Positions 45,329-56,082 of a DNA stretch of 64,000 nt are shown here, piece after piece; the first letter of the stretch is position 1; each line of letters opens with the position of its first letter. This DNA is from Anaerolineaceae bacterium. GTDB lineage: Bacteria > Chloroflexota > Anaerolineae > Anaerolineales > E44-bin32. A program made the translations under genes and the position numbers. The stretch lies in assembly GCA_020350285.1 (NCBI GenBank), contig CP070708.1, positions 3,301,970 through 3,365,969 of the forward strand, read 5' to 3'. Under the pieces are notes generated by a model. It saw only the letters and a list, made by a program, of their open reading frames with translations. It ran no database searches and was not told where the DNA came from.

Positions 45329-47794
45329 TTACTTCTCGACTCCAATCTGCTTCAGATCCTTAGCCGCGATGCGTGCAACGGATGCCACGGTCTCCCCTTC
45401 TTTCAGGTTGATCACGCGCACGCCCATTGTTGCCCTACCGGCCTGTTTGACTTGTTTCATCTTCGTGCGTAATACGATTCCCCCACTTGAGATGATCGTT
45501 AAATCGTCCTCTTCATCGACGACCCGCGCCGCGGCAACGTGGCCTGTGACGTCACGTTTACTCCGGCTGAGTGTAATCACACCGCCCGTCGCTCGCCCTT
45601 TCGCAGGATATTCCTTCAAGGGTGTCCTCTTGCCATATCCCTTCTCGGACACAACCAACAGATCACCTCCGGGATCGATGACATCCATGCTGGTCACAAA
45701 ATCTCCCTTGCGTAACCTTATACCTCTTACACCAGAAGCTGGACGGCCCATTGGTCGAACAAGTTTCTCATGGAAGCGGAGGGCTTGACCCTGCTCGGTG
45801 ACCAAAATGATCTCGTCATCACCGCTTGTTAGTCGGACCCAACCTAATACATCGCCCTTTTCCAAACCGATGGCGATAAGGCCCGAAGGTCGAACTGCAG
45901 CGAAATTCGAGAGCTCAACCCGCTTGATCTTTCCATTTCGGGTTGCCATTGTGCAATAATTGGCGGCACTGAAGTCTGGAACCGCGACGGCCGCGGTGAC
46001 CAACTCCTCCGGTGACAACGCAAGGACATTCACCATCGGGATACCGCGCGCGGTTCTCCCGGCGTCAGGGATCTGATAAGCCTTCTCAGAATACACTTTG
46101 CCTCGGTCCGAGAAGAACAAGATCGTATCCAATGATCGAGCGGGGAAGAGCATCATCACCTCGTCCTCCCCACGCATGGAATGCCCAGTCACCCCTCGAC
46201 CGCCTCGTGTTTGTCGTCGATAGGTATTCGCTCCAACACGCTTCACGTAGCTTCGCTGTGTGATGCTGACAAGCACCGCTTCATCGGGAACCAAATCTTC
46301 TTCGCTAAACTCCTCACTAGCATCCGGCGCGATTCGTGTCCTTCGTGGATCTCCATACTTTTCCACCAACTCGGATAAATCGTTTTTGATCAATCCAAGG
46401 ATCTTCTTCGGACTTGCTAACAAGTCCTCGAGTTCCTTGATACGTTTCACGATTTCTTTATGTTCCGCTTTAATATTCTTACGCTCAAGAGCCGCAAGCC
46501 GCCGTAACTGCATGTCTAAAATAGCCTGGGCTTGAATCTCGGAGAGTTCGAATTTATTAATGAGGCGCTTCTTGGCTGTATCAACATCAGCTGCCTTGCG
46601 AATGGTATCGATCACCTCGTCAATCTTGGCCAAAGCGATCAACAATCCATCCAAAACGTGCTCACGTGCGCGAGCCTTCTTTAATTCGAACTCCGATCGT
46701 CGTGTGATAACGTCGATGCGATGTTCCACATACAGCTGCAATGCTTTTTTAAGCGACAACAATCGAGGTTCACCATCTACCAGCGCGAGCAGTTGCACGC
46801 CGAAAGTCGTCTGGAGCTGTGTGTACTTAAACAATTGGTTAAGTACCTTTGTTGGCTGCGCCCCACGTTTTAGTTCGACAATGACGCTCAAACCTCGTCG
46901 ATCGGATTCATCCCTCAGATCCGATATGTCTGATAGTCGTCCACCTCGGACGAGCTCCGCTATCCGTTCGATGAGGGCGGCTTTGTTCACTTGGTAGGGT
47001 ATTTCAGTAATTACGATACGATGGCGCGCTTTTCCAACTTCCTCAATATGCGCCATGGCACGAACGACGATACGGCCTTTCCCTGTGCTGTACGCTTGTT
47101 TTATACCAGCCGCACCGACGATCATCCCCCCGGTGGGGAAATCTGGCCCGGGGATGAACTTCATCAATTCAGATACCGTGACATCGTCCAATTGCTCATA
47201 ATGGTCCACCATGTACTGAAGTGCATCCCCGAGTTCGCCAAGATTATGAGGCGGGATATTTGTCGCCATGCCCACCGCAATACCTGAGGTGCCATTTAGT
47301 AGAAGGTTGGGTAAACGAGCCGGCATCGCAAGGGGTTCTTGGAGCGACCCATCGAAGTTATCCGTAAAATCGACGGTTTCTTTCTCAATATCGACCAGGA
47401 TTTCACCCGCGATTGCTTCCAAACGTGCCTCTGTATATCTCATCGCGGCTGGGGGATCGCCATCGATCGAACCAAAGTTGCCCTGCCCGTCGACTAACAA
47501 GTAGCGCATCGAGAAGTCCTGCGCCATACGGGCCATGGCATCATAGACTGCCGCATCTCCGTGTGGGTGGAATTTACCTAAAACTTCACCGACGATACGT
47601 GCTGATTTGCGATAGGGTGTTCCGGATCGAATCCCCATCTCATGCATCGCATACAAGATGCGTCGATGGACCGGTTTCAATCCGTCGCGCACATCCGGCA
47701 AAGCGCGCGCAACGATTACGCTCATGGCGTAATCCAGGTAAGCATCACGCATTTGATCGTCTATATCAACTTGACGAACGGTCCCAATCTCCAT
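45329..47794 (-). CDS. gyrA: DNA gyrase subunit A
   Basis: 821 aa. [23 protein letters not shown] with the active-site Tyr, a QRDR-like HPHGD, and C-terminal beta-pinwheel repeats. Confidence 0.97.
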   Translation of the reverse strand: MEIGTVRQVDIDDQMRDAYLDYAMSVIVARALPDVRDGLKPVHRRILYAMHEMGIRSGTPYRKSARIVGEVLGKFHPHGDAAVYDAMARMAQDFSMRYLLVDGQGNFGSIDGDPPAAMRYTEARLEAIAGEILVDIEKETVDFTDNFDGSLQEPLAMPARLPNLLLNGTSGIAVGMATNIPPHNLGELGDALQYMVDHYEQLDDVTVSELMKFIPGPDFPTGGMIVGAAGIKQAYSTGKGRIVVRAMAHIEEVGKARHRIVITEIPYQVNKAALIERIAELVRGGRLSDISDLRDESDRRGLSVIVELKRGAQPTKVLNQLFKYTQLQTTFGVQLLALVDGEPRLLSLKKALQLYVEHRIDVITRRSEFELKKARAREHVLDGLLIALAKIDEVIDTIRKAADVDTAKKRLINKFELSEIQAQAILDMQLRRLAALERKNIKAEHKEIVKRIKELEDLLASPKKILGLIKNDLSELVEKYGDPRRTRIAPDASEEFSEEDLVPDEAVLVSITQRSYVKRVGANTYRRQTRGGRGVTGHSMRGEDEVMMLFPARSLDTILFFSDRGKVYSEKAYQIPDAGRTARGIPMVNVLALSPEELVTAAVAVPDFSAANYCTMATRNGKIKRVELSNFAAVRPSGLIAIGLEKGDVLGWVRLTSGDDEIILVTEQGQALRFHEKLVRPMGRPASGVRGIRLRKGDFVTSMDVIDPGGDLLVVSEKGYGKRTPLKEYPAKGRATGGVITLSRSKRDVTGHVAAARVVDEEDDLTIISSGGIVLRTKMKQVKQAGRATMGVRVINLKEGETVASVARIAAKDLKQIGVEK

Positions 47795-47830
47795 GATTTC
47801 ACTTCTCTCACTAACCAGAATCGGTGGAAA

Positions 47831-47850
47831 ACCCGCCTTCGGCGGGCTAA
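47831..47850 (-). terminator. GC hairpin plus TTTT about 35 nt upstream of the gyrA start codon (leader element or upstream terminator)
   Basis: On the minus strand: agcccgcc-gaa-ggcgggt followed by tttcc. Confidence 0.35.
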
Positions 47851-48078
47851 ATACAATTATACCGCGGGGGGTGATTTGAGGCTATTTTTATCCATGATAA
47901 TTGATCGTAAGCAAGGGATTGATCAGCGAAAAATCGAGGTTGAACTGAAGATCAAGCTGGCAAAAAAATACACATGTCTGTACTGTCATATTAAGGTCAC
48001 CTATTTTGCCCGTTAGAAGACCTCAAGTCAAAGCTTCCTACGTTTTTTTTAGCTCACCAAAACTCAACCCTGAAAGAT

Positions 48079-48106
48079 GTAAGGGCGACCAGCCGGTCGC
48101 CCTTAC
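48079..48106. repeat. GTAAGGGCGACC...GGTCGCCCTTAC palindrome (dispersed family)
   Basis: gtaagggcgaccagccggtcgcccttac, read directly. Confidence 0.75.
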
Positions 48107-48369
48107 GCGATATCGGGTGAACGAACATCACCCCTGGGTTCTTTGTACCCTTCGATAAGTTAGCATGACATGCGCGAAGTTATCATCAGTGTACCCAAAC
48201 ATTTCTACTGCTGACGCAGCCAATGCAAAGCTTCCTGCGAGCTTAAAGCTTGCGGGAAGCTCATACACACCAGAAATCAGGATGCAAGGTCTAAATCCCA
48301 GACCAGTATCTTCGTAAACCTATATCGATGCTTCTCTATTAATCTCCCTCATCATCCTACAACAAGAAA

Positions 48370-51057
48370 CTAATCTGTGGCCTCACGAATGATGCCGACC
48401 GCGTTCCATTCACCGTTGATCTGAAAAGTAGAGATCGAGATTCTGATCGGAAATTCTGTCCCGTCCTTCTTAACCGCCTCAAATTCCAACACCCCATCAA
48501 TTGCTGGCACTTCACCACTTTTCATAAATGTCGTAAGCCCTTCGAAGTATTCTTGATGACAACCTTCCCGCAGAATGACCTTGTGGAGGTCCATACCCAT
48601 GACCTCATCGCTATCGTGTCCGAAGATCTTTTCTGCAGAAGGGTTCCAATATGAGATCTTTCCCTCACCATCTATCATAAGAATCCCGTCCATAGCGGTA
48701 TCGGCCAATGCTCGAAACCTCTCCTCATTCTCGCGCAACGTTTCCATGGCACGTTTTCGCTCTGTGATATCAAGGGCAGAAAAAGTGATCCCGGCGGAAG
48801 GGTCATCAGGATCGACAACAACCGAACTTAACAAGACATCGATGATCTCTCCATCCTTGCGTATCAAACGCGTCTCCACGGTTCCTCTTCCGTGTTCCCG
48901 AATCTGAGCATATTTCTCACGACCAACATGCTCATATTCTTCATCGGTTGGGTACAACAATCTCGCCTCTTCTCCAATAAGTTCATCGGCAGAGTAACCC
49001 ACCATTTCACAAAAATGTTCATTCACATTTAAAATCACACGATCTAATACGAGGCCGATACCTGTTGGTGTGGCCGTGATAATACTTTGCAGTCTAGCTT
49101 CATGCATCCGTAATTCTTCCTCTGCCTGCTTACGATCGGTGATATCCCTAGCTACGGACTGGAAACCCAGGATATGATCCCCTTCCATAGATAATTGAAC
49201 ATTCTGTCCAAACCAAACCTCTGACCCATCTTTAGCAATGACAGGAAATTCATAATATGTATTCAGTGTTCTTTCAGCAAATTGCGACCGATAGAATCGG
49301 TTCGCCTCCTGTTGCCAATCGGGATGTATCAAATCGACAAAATTCGTTCCCAGGAGTTCCTTCTCAGAATATCCCACTATGTTTTTTACAACCGAGTTAA
49401 CAAATATAAAATTACCGTTGATATCAGTCTCGTAGATGATGTCGTTAGCCTCTTCGATAAGTTGCCTGTACCGCTCCTCACTCTCTCGCAACGCCTCTTG
49501 AACATCTGTTAGCCTAGTAATATCGCTCCATATGGCCTGAATGTATTCTTTCCCATGAATTGAAATGGTCTTACAACTGACTTGAATATCTCGGATACTC
49601 CCGTCCTTTCTCCGATGCTTGGTGAGGAATGTATCGCTTCCTTTCTTCGTAACTTGCTTGAGGTGTTGCTCAAACACCTCAGGCGTCTCAACAACCTCAA
49701 AGTCAGTCACCTTGAGTGACTTGAACTCTTCTTCTGTGTACCCAAGATTGATCCATGTTTGATCGTTATATTCCACGAGTACACCTGTCTTAGCATCCGC
49801 GAGGATAATCGAATCAGCTGCCTGCTCAAAAATAGCGCGGTATCGTTCCTCCGACGCGCGTAGGGCCTCATCCGTCTTTACTCGATCCGTAACATCGGTG
49901 ATGATCCCCAGAATCGCTTGTGCGTCATCGTAATGGATCAATTTCGTCGTGATGATCGCTTCGATTTTTTTTCCCTCTTTTGTTATGAGTGAATATTCAT
50001 AAGGAGGGATATCTTTCCCAGCCCTATGCTGCTCAAAATTCATCCGGATGATTTCTCTTGAATCAGGTGCGATAAGATCCATGAAGTCAAAATCAGGTGA
50101 GTAGAACTCATCAGATGTGTACCCCATCATCTGTTCACATAAGGGATTAGCATAGACAACTTTGTCAAGCTTGTTGATGAAAATCATGTTGGGTGATTGT
50201 TCGGCCAGGGTTCTGAATTTTGACTCCGAGTCTGCCAGTGCTTCTTCCGCATTCTTACGATCTGTGATATCGAAAATGATGCTTAATGCCCCGTTGTAAA
50301 TTCCGTAAGCAGAAAAGCGAGGTACCGAGGAGACAAGCATAACCCGCTGTATGCCGTCCTTCCTTTTCATCATAACTTCGTATTGCGTGGGGATTCCCCT
50401 CTGCATGAGATCAATGTGTTCATTGATTTTAAAGTACTCGTCCGAGTTCATGATGGAGCTATAGAACATCCCGTGCAATTCATCAGTAACATACCCCAGC
50501 ATTTCGGCGAAAGTTGTGTTGCAATACAAAAGTCGTTCGGCGTTATCCGTGACAGCGATCCCCGTAAATGCTGTATCTAAAACCTCATATCTTTCTTTAC
50601 TTCCCCAGAACTCCAACTCCCCTCTCAACTGTGTTTTTAGATCAGTTTTTAATTGATCTCTTATGTCACGCAATCTACCAATTAAAAAGCCTAAACCGGA
50701 AAGAACCACAATTATGACTATGCTAGAAGAGTCGTGGGTATTGCTTACAGGTTGCCTGAGTATTGTCATCAAGATCATGATGGATGGGAAAGTAAGCAAC
50801 CCTGCGATCAACCCAGCCCACTTACCCAGAAGAAGTCCTGTAATCGTAACTGGCACGACTGCCAGAATGCCTGTTACAGGATTGAGATAAGGGTCTGTTA
50901 TGAGATAAGCAACAGCAACGCCGAGGACACTGACACCGATAATAATTATCCGATCTCCGTATGATTGAGGCTCGCGAATGGTTATTCTCGAAGTTCGTCG
51001 GGTAACTTCTACTGCCTTGTCATCAGATTCCTGTTTGGTTATGTTTCGATCACCCAT
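48370..51057 (-). CDS. Membrane-anchored protein with six tandem PAS domains and no recognisable output domain
   Basis: About 4 N-terminal TM segments, then six ~120-aa PAS units, each beginning with an F/Y-R-x-L/I-x-E/D motif and containing N..F....GY. The protein ends directly after PAS6. The ATG at 51057 is preferred because GGGAGGA lies 5 nt upstream; the track start is 51069. Confidence 0.8.
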   Translation of the reverse strand: MGDRNITKQESDDKAVEVTRRTSRITIREPQSYGDRIIIIGVSVLGVAVAYLITDPYLNPVTGILAVVPVTITGLLLGKWAGLIAGLLTFPSIMILMTILRQPVSNTHDSSSIVIIVVLSGLGFLIGRLRDIRDQLKTDLKTQLRGELEFWGSKERYEVLDTAFTGIAVTDNAERLLYCNTTFAEMLGYVTDELHGMFYSSIMNSDEYFKINEHIDLMQRGIPTQYEVMMKRKDGIQRVMLVSSVPRFSAYGIYNGALSIIFDITDRKNAEEALADSESKFRTLAEQSPNMIFINKLDKVVYANPLCEQMMGYTSDEFYSPDFDFMDLIAPDSREIIRMNFEQHRAGKDIPPYEYSLITKEGKKIEAIITTKLIHYDDAQAILGIITDVTDRVKTDEALRASEERYRAIFEQAADSIILADAKTGVLVEYNDQTWINLGYTEEEFKSLKVTDFEVVETPEVFEQHLKQVTKKGSDTFLTKHRRKDGSIRDIQVSCKTISIHGKEYIQAIWSDITRLTDVQEALRESEERYRQLIEEANDIIYETDINGNFIFVNSVVKNIVGYSEKELLGTNFVDLIHPDWQQEANRFYRSQFAERTLNTYYEFPVIAKDGSEVWFGQNVQLSMEGDHILGFQSVARDITDRKQAEEELRMHEARLQSIITATPTGIGLVLDRVILNVNEHFCEMVGYSADELIGEEARLLYPTDEEYEHVGREKYAQIREHGRGTVETRLIRKDGEIIDVLLSSVVVDPDDPSAGITFSALDITERKRAMETLRENEERFRALADTAMDGILMIDGEGKISYWNPSAEKIFGHDSDEVMGMDLHKVILREGCHQEYFEGLTTFMKSGEVPAIDGVLEFEAVKKDGTEFPIRISISTFQINGEWNAVGIIREATD

Positions 51058-51423
51058 CGTTCCTCCCATGAAAGGTGAATCATGATCCTAAACACCAAAC
51101 CCACGCAAAATTAACCTGGTGGAATACCATCTTACCTTACCAGGCATAGATTTTCGCTATTACCCATGTTCTACTCGTGAATCACAGCAAGAGACGTGCC
51201 AATCTGAGCGGGAATACTACATACGTGTTTGTGGCTTTCAAACTAAGCATTCTCTCTCTTGTAGCCCATACGCTTCAAATGCTTCTTTGATGTTCCCCAT
51301 CATCCAGACCTCATAGGTATTTTCGAGAATGCAAGGTGTATGTAAGGTTACACCATCCTATGTCTCTTTATACTGTTATTGTCGCGTTGAAGCTTGTAAA
51401 GAAATTTACTTAAGGCAGACACA

Positions 51424-51816
51424 ATGGCTAGAGTTCTTATCGTAGACGATGAGAAATGCAATGCGGGCATCCTCTCACTCATTGTCACGCAACTTGGTCA
51501 CGATCCGATCGAGGCCTATAGCGGTCAACAGGCGATTGATTCTTTCTCTGAGCACCAGCCTGATCTTATCCTTCTCGACTACATGATGCCTGGCATCAAC
51601 GGGCTCATGACATTACAACAAATCCGCCAGTTACCAGGCGGTAAAAAGCCTGCCGCGCTCTTAATCACAGCGAGTCAACTACGATCTGTTGAGGAGGAGG
51701 CGAAGGGTGTGGGTGTGGTCGGTTTCCTAAGAAAACCCCTCAATCTGAATACGCTCAAAGCCTTGATCGAAGAGCACAGTGGGGAGGAAGAACTCAAGGC
51801 ATCGGTGATCACCTAA
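51424..51816 (+). CDS. Single-domain response regulator (CheY-like), canonical
   Basis: VLIVDDE, LILLDYMMPGING, LLITAS and FLRKP are all intact. Confidence 0.85.
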   Translation: MARVLIVDDEKCNAGILSLIVTQLGHDPIEAYSGQQAIDSFSEHQPDLILLDYMMPGINGLMTLQQIRQLPGGKKPAALLITASQLRSVEEEAKGVGVVGFLRKPLNLNTLKALIEEHSGEEELKASVIT

Positions 51817-51858
51817 TTCGTATTTGCGCTCCTCCAATTCCCCATTCCTGCGGTAATA

Positions 51859-51887
51859 ACTCGCCTTGAAGGCGAGTTTGTGTTTTG
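51859..51887 (+). terminator. Rho-independent terminator of the receiver gene
   Basis: actcgcc-ttgaa-ggcgagt followed by ttgtgttttg. Confidence 0.7.
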
Positions 51888-51991
51888 TAGGTTAAATCAG
51901 AATTATTGATTATGGTTATTTACTTGGATATGCAACTTGAGAGTTCTTGCTGACACTAATCACTTCGACAGGTTGGTGAGAATATAATGAT

Positions 51992-52019
51992 GTAGGGGCG
52001 ACCAGCTGGTCGCCCCTAC
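51992..52019. repeat. GTAGGGGCGACC...GGTCGCCCCTAC palindrome
   Basis: gtaggggcgaccagctggtcgcccctac, a near-identical relative of 48079-48106. Confidence 0.8.
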
Positions 52020-52078
52020 ACTTACATATAATGTCTTTCCGAATCATACAGATCATGAGAAGCTCAAGACCAAAGAAT

Positions 52079-52106
52079 GTAGGGACGCAATTAAGTGCCC
52101 CCCTAC
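52079..52106. repeat. GTAGGGACGCAATT...CCCCCTAC imperfect palindrome of the same family
   Basis: gtagggacgcaattaagtgcccccctac. Confidence 0.65.
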
Positions 52107-52288
52107 GATATTTCTGTAACATACTCTCTTTACCCATCAGACGCGAATAAACTTTTACGCATAGATTCAACAGCAGATTAAGTCTAGCCAACCATGACCT
52201 GCCCACGCAACAGACATTAAAGAATTGACTCTTGCGGCCAATGGTGCTAGAAACAGGTCATGCTGTACCACGATCAAGGGAGGTCACA

Positions 52289-54721
52289 ATGAAATGGTTC
52301 CGACGCCTTCTTGCATTTCTCGGTATCGTTTTGGTTATTCTCGTTATTGCGGTTGGTGTCTTCGGGTTTATCACGGTCCGACGGCAATTCCCTCAAACCG
52401 AAGGGACCATCCAACTGCCTGGCCTAGAAGGGCAGGTTGAGGTCTACCGTGATTCTTATGGCGTACCACACATTTACGCCAAGACATCACACGATCTGTT
52501 AATGGCTCAGGGCTTTGTCCACGCACAAGACCGCTTCTGGCAGATGGAATTCTGGCGACGTGCAGGCGCGGGAAGGCTATCCGAGATACTTGGTGAATCG
52601 GCCTTAAGTAGTGACCGCTTTATCCGGACTGTCGGCTGGCATCGCACAGCAGCGGAGGAACTGAACAGGATGACAGCCGAAGAGCGGCAATATTTGGAGG
52701 CCTATGCCGAAGGTGTAAACGCTTACTTATCCGCTAATCAAGGTAACTTGGGATTGGAATTTTTCATCCTTAGCTTGACTGGGGTCAGCTACGAACCAGA
52801 ACCATGGACGCCCTTGCATACCATCACATGGGGAAAAATGATGGCCTGGGACCTGAGTGGCAACATGGACGCTGAACTCACCCGTGCCCACATCGCTGCA
52901 CGCCTCGGTACACCTGCAGTCAGCACACTCATGCCTCCGTATCCCGATGATTATCCCTTCATCGTCCCCAACCCACTGACTGGTGCTACGCTCCAAGCTA
53001 TTCCGGATGCTTTATTCGACACTCACTTTTTAGGGCAAGGAGATGATATCGGCAGCAATAACTGGGTTACTTCTGGAGATCGAACAGAAACTGGGGAACC
53101 GCTTCTGGTGAACGATCCCCATCTGGGTATACAGATGCCCTCTACCTGGTATGAGATCGGACTGCACTGTGACCCTGTTGGCCCTGAATGTCCTTTCAAC
53201 CTCGTCGGTGCATCTTTCGCCGGTGTTCCTGCTGTGATTATTGGACACAATGATCATATTGCATGGGGCCTCACAAATCTTGGTCCGGATGTGCAGGATC
53301 TCTTCATCGAACGGGTTAACCCCGAAAACCCCAACCAATATGAATTCCAAGGCGAATGGGTCGATATGGAGATCATCCAAGAGGAGATTCGGGTCGCAGG
53401 TGAAGATGATCCTGTAATCATCAATGTGCGCCTCACGCGTCATGGTCCGATCATCAACGATGTGGTCGGCGGCACGGAGGAGGATTGGTCGTTTGGTTGG
53501 CAGCCGCTCGCTTTCTCATGGACTGCCTTAGAGCCAGGCTCAGTATTTCGCAGCGTTCTGCAGCTTGGTCAAGCACAGAATTGGGATCAATTCCGTGAGG
53601 CATTGAGATATTGGGACGTCCCCAGTCAGAACTTTGTTTTCGCCGATATTGAGGGCAATATCGGTTATCAAGCGCCAGGAAGGATTCCTATCCGCGCAGC
53701 AGGTGATGGTTCAATGCCTGTCCCTGGTTGGACAGGTGAGTATGAGTGGGTAGATTACATCCCCTTCGATGAGTTGCCTCGGTCGTTCAACCCACCTGAG
53801 GGTTATATCGCCACTGCGAATCACGCCGTCGTCGGGAAGGATTTCCCCCACTTTCTTGGAATGGATTGGGCGCCTGGCTACCGAGCACGTCGGATCCTTG
53901 AATTGATCGAAGCTGATCCTTCGCTTACCCTTGAAGACATGCAAACTATCCAGGCCGACAGTAGCCTCGTCTACGCACAAGACATCCTACCTTATCTCAT
54001 GAGTCTAAATCCATCCGATGAACGAGCTGCGCAGGCTCTTGATGTGCTCAAGGCATGGGACGGACGTGCGGTCCGAGATAGCGCAGGTGCGGCAATTTTC
54101 GAGGCCTTGCGAATCCACATGATCGACAGGATCTTCACGGACGAACTAGGGGAACAACTCTTGAAACGTACTCGGGGTAGTCTCATGGTTGCCGTGACCA
54201 ACTTCTTGCCAGACCCTACCTCCCACTGGTTTGATGACAAATCCACAACTCTCGTCGAGGGTAGGGACGAGATCTTAGTCCTTGCCTTAGAAGACGCGGT
54301 TGAGGAACTCACCGAAAGCCTGGGACGTAACATATCAAACTGGACCTGGGGGGATTTGCACGTGGCAATATTCGAGAATCAAGCCTTAGGCCAGAGCGGT
54401 ATTGGACCGATCGAGGCTCTATTCAATCGCGGACCTGTTCCTGTCGACGGATCACTAGCAACTGTAAACAATACCGGCTATGGCGCGAGCGACCCATACG
54501 TCGTTCGGACTGTACCGTCCTATCGACAAATCATCGACCTGCAAGATTTCGATCGATCGGTATCTATGCACACTACAGGTCAATCGGGTCACCCCTTCCA
54601 CCGTCACTATAAGGATATGATCGATTCTTGGAGGAACTTCGAATACCATCCGATGCTCTGGAATCGTCAATTGGTTGAGACGGTCGCTGAAGCCCACTTG
54701 ACGCTCACACCAGGGGAGTAA
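52289..54721 (+). CDS. Penicillin acylase family (Ntn-hydrolase; possible acyl-homoserine-lactone acylase) with an N-terminal membrane anchor
   Basis: 810 aa. TM anchor LLAFLGIVLVILVIAVGVFGF, alpha-subunit motif DRFWQMEFWRR, nucleophile context GSNNWV, and NDPHL. The start was trimmed to the ATG at 52289, preceded by AGGGAGG. Confidence 0.85.
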   Translation: MKWFRRLLAFLGIVLVILVIAVGVFGFITVRRQFPQTEGTIQLPGLEGQVEVYRDSYGVPHIYAKTSHDLLMAQGFVHAQDRFWQMEFWRRAGAGRLSEILGESALSSDRFIRTVGWHRTAAEELNRMTAEERQYLEAYAEGVNAYLSANQGNLGLEFFILSLTGVSYEPEPWTPLHTITWGKMMAWDLSGNMDAELTRAHIAARLGTPAVSTLMPPYPDDYPFIVPNPLTGATLQAIPDALFDTHFLGQGDDIGSNNWVTSGDRTETGEPLLVNDPHLGIQMPSTWYEIGLHCDPVGPECPFNLVGASFAGVPAVIIGHNDHIAWGLTNLGPDVQDLFIERVNPENPNQYEFQGEWVDMEIIQEEIRVAGEDDPVIINVRLTRHGPIINDVVGGTEEDWSFGWQPLAFSWTALEPGSVFRSVLQLGQAQNWDQFREALRYWDVPSQNFVFADIEGNIGYQAPGRIPIRAAGDGSMPVPGWTGEYEWVDYIPFDELPRSFNPPEGYIATANHAVVGKDFPHFLGMDWAPGYRARRILELIEADPSLTLEDMQTIQADSSLVYAQDILPYLMSLNPSDERAAQALDVLKAWDGRAVRDSAGAAIFEALRIHMIDRIFTDELGEQLLKRTRGSLMVAVTNFLPDPTSHWFDDKSTTLVEGRDEILVLALEDAVEELTESLGRNISNWTWGDLHVAIFENQALGQSGIGPIEALFNRGPVPVDGSLATVNNTGYGASDPYVVRTVPSYRQIIDLQDFDRSVSMHTTGQSGHPFHRHYKDMIDSWRNFEYHPMLWNRQLVETVAEAHLTLTPGE

Positions 54722-54824
54722 ACAGGATCAGCATTCGAAGTACACAAGCGAGAAGCTAGAATAGCAGCAGGGGCGCGCTCTGCGCCCCTGCTGTCTTTAG
54801 CGGTCGAGATTCAACGATCGTTGA

Positions 54825-55040
54825 TTAGAACGGCCAGACTTTTTGTGTCACCATCAGACAAGTTATCCCTATAACGATCACAGTTGCGAGCAACATCAAT
54901 GAAATGAAAAACCGCTGACCCGCAGTCATCCCCATGATTCGCCCATCCCCTGCCTGTTCAAAATCCTGCTCAAAGATACTCTCAATGGGCTCATCGAATT
55001 CAGCCGGATCATCTGTTATATCACGTAGGTTATCGAACAT
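54825..55040 (-). CDS. Small acidic protein with a C-terminal TM segment
   Basis: 71 aa with AGGAGG 8 nt upstream of the ATG. The hydrophobic segment is FFISLMLLATVIVIGITCLMV. Confidence 0.45.
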   Translation of the reverse strand: MFDNLRDITDDPAEFDEPIESIFEQDFEQAGDGRIMGMTAGQRFFISLMLLATVIVIGITCLMVTQKVWPF

Positions 55041-55068
55041 CGTCGACCTCCTAAGGGGATTTTCCCCA

Positions 55069-55893
55069 TCAAACCAGTTTAGCTGATTTAGATTTCATGT
55101 CAACTGGCCTTAGCTGAACATCACCAAAGGCCACCTCAATGGTCTCTCCAGTTTTTAGCGTTAATTGCAAGCGACCACCAACATCCACACCTCGCAACTT
55201 ACCAACAATCTCTTCCTCCGGCAATTTCACCACAACCAACTCATCTTGATACGCTAACCGCTGATTCCAAGTATGGACAAAAACAGGTGAACCCAATTTT
55301 GGAAGCCACTTCCCCACCCCTTCAACAACATGCAATATAAGATCATGACGGTCCGTACGGGCTCCCACTGCTGTATCAACGCATATCGCTGGGATTTCTA
55401 CCTTCTCCTTAGGAGGTACCGATTCGGGTCGAACATTGATCCCGATCCCCAGAATAACATGCTCGAGTTGATCACCGATCCATGACCCTTCTACCAATAT
55501 ACCTGCAGCTTTCTTGCCTAGCAGCATCACATCGTTGGGCCACTTGATCTTCCCTTCAATCCCCAACATTTCAATTGCCTCGGTTACTGCAATCGCTCCA
55601 AGCGCTGTTAAATCCCCGATAACATCAATTGGTATTTCTTCCAGACGTAGCAGCAAGCTCAAGGCGACAGCGCTATTGGGTGGTGTAAACCAGTGTCTTC
55701 CAGCCCGTCCTTTACCCTCTGTTTGTTCCTCAGCTACCACCAGTGTGCCATGCAGTGCGCCATCTCTCGCGAGTTTCATCGCATGATCATTCGTTGATCC
55801 AATACTTTTTAAAAAGTGCAGCGGTTCACCCAAACCGCGGATTGGAAGACCACTACGTAAGCGTTCAATGTCTAACATAGGATGATTGTACAC
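55069..55893 (-). CDS. birA: Biotin--[acetyl-CoA-carboxylase] ligase (group I, no HTH)
   Basis: GKGRAGRHW biotin/ATP motif, KWPNDV, and a C-terminal SH3-like end. The start is ambiguous: GTG at 55893 or ATG at 55878. Confidence 0.8.
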   Translation of the reverse strand: MYNHPMLDIERLRSGLPIRGLGEPLHFLKSIGSTNDHAMKLARDGALHGTLVVAEEQTEGKGRAGRHWFTPPNSAVALSLLLRLEEIPIDVIGDLTALGAIAVTEAIEMLGIEGKIKWPNDVMLLGKKAAGILVEGSWIGDQLEHVILGIGINVRPESVPPKEKVEIPAICVDTAVGARTDRHDLILHVVEGVGKWLPKLGSPVFVHTWNQRLAYQDELVVVKLPEEEIVGKLRGVDVGGRLQLTLKTGETIEVAFGDVQLRPVDMKSKSAKLV

Positions 55894-55926
55894 AGTTGTG
55901 CAAGAAGTATGCTAGGGGGCTTTTCT

Positions 55927-55999
55927 GTAGGGGCAATTCATGCCGTCTCGCACTGGCGTGCCACCGGTTCTCGCAGCACGAACGGTGAAATGCCCCTAC
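55927..55999. repeat. 73-nt element bounded by GTAGGGGCAATTCATGCC / GGTGAAATGCCCCTAC inverted repeats
   Basis: gtaggggcaattcatgccgt ... acggtgaaatgcccctac flanks a 35-nt core. Confidence 0.7.
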
Positions 56000-56082
56000 A
56001 TTTATTACTGACTTCTCTTACACACCAATCGCCGAAAATGTTCTTAACAGCTGTGATAAATCGCCTCGCAGTTCCCCTAACC

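Noticed and set aside
47642-48016. 124-aa plus-strand ORF overlapping the gyrA start and upstream region
   Set aside because: The 5' half is antisense to gyrA. The remainder lies in AT-rich non-coding DNA without an RBS or any conservation cue.
51916-52206. 96-aa minus-strand ORF, together with the 71-aa plus-strand ORF at 55882-56097
   Set aside because: Both are read through GTAGGGGC-type palindromic repeats and give peptides such as CRGDQLVAPT and VGAIHAV. These are repeat translations, not genes.
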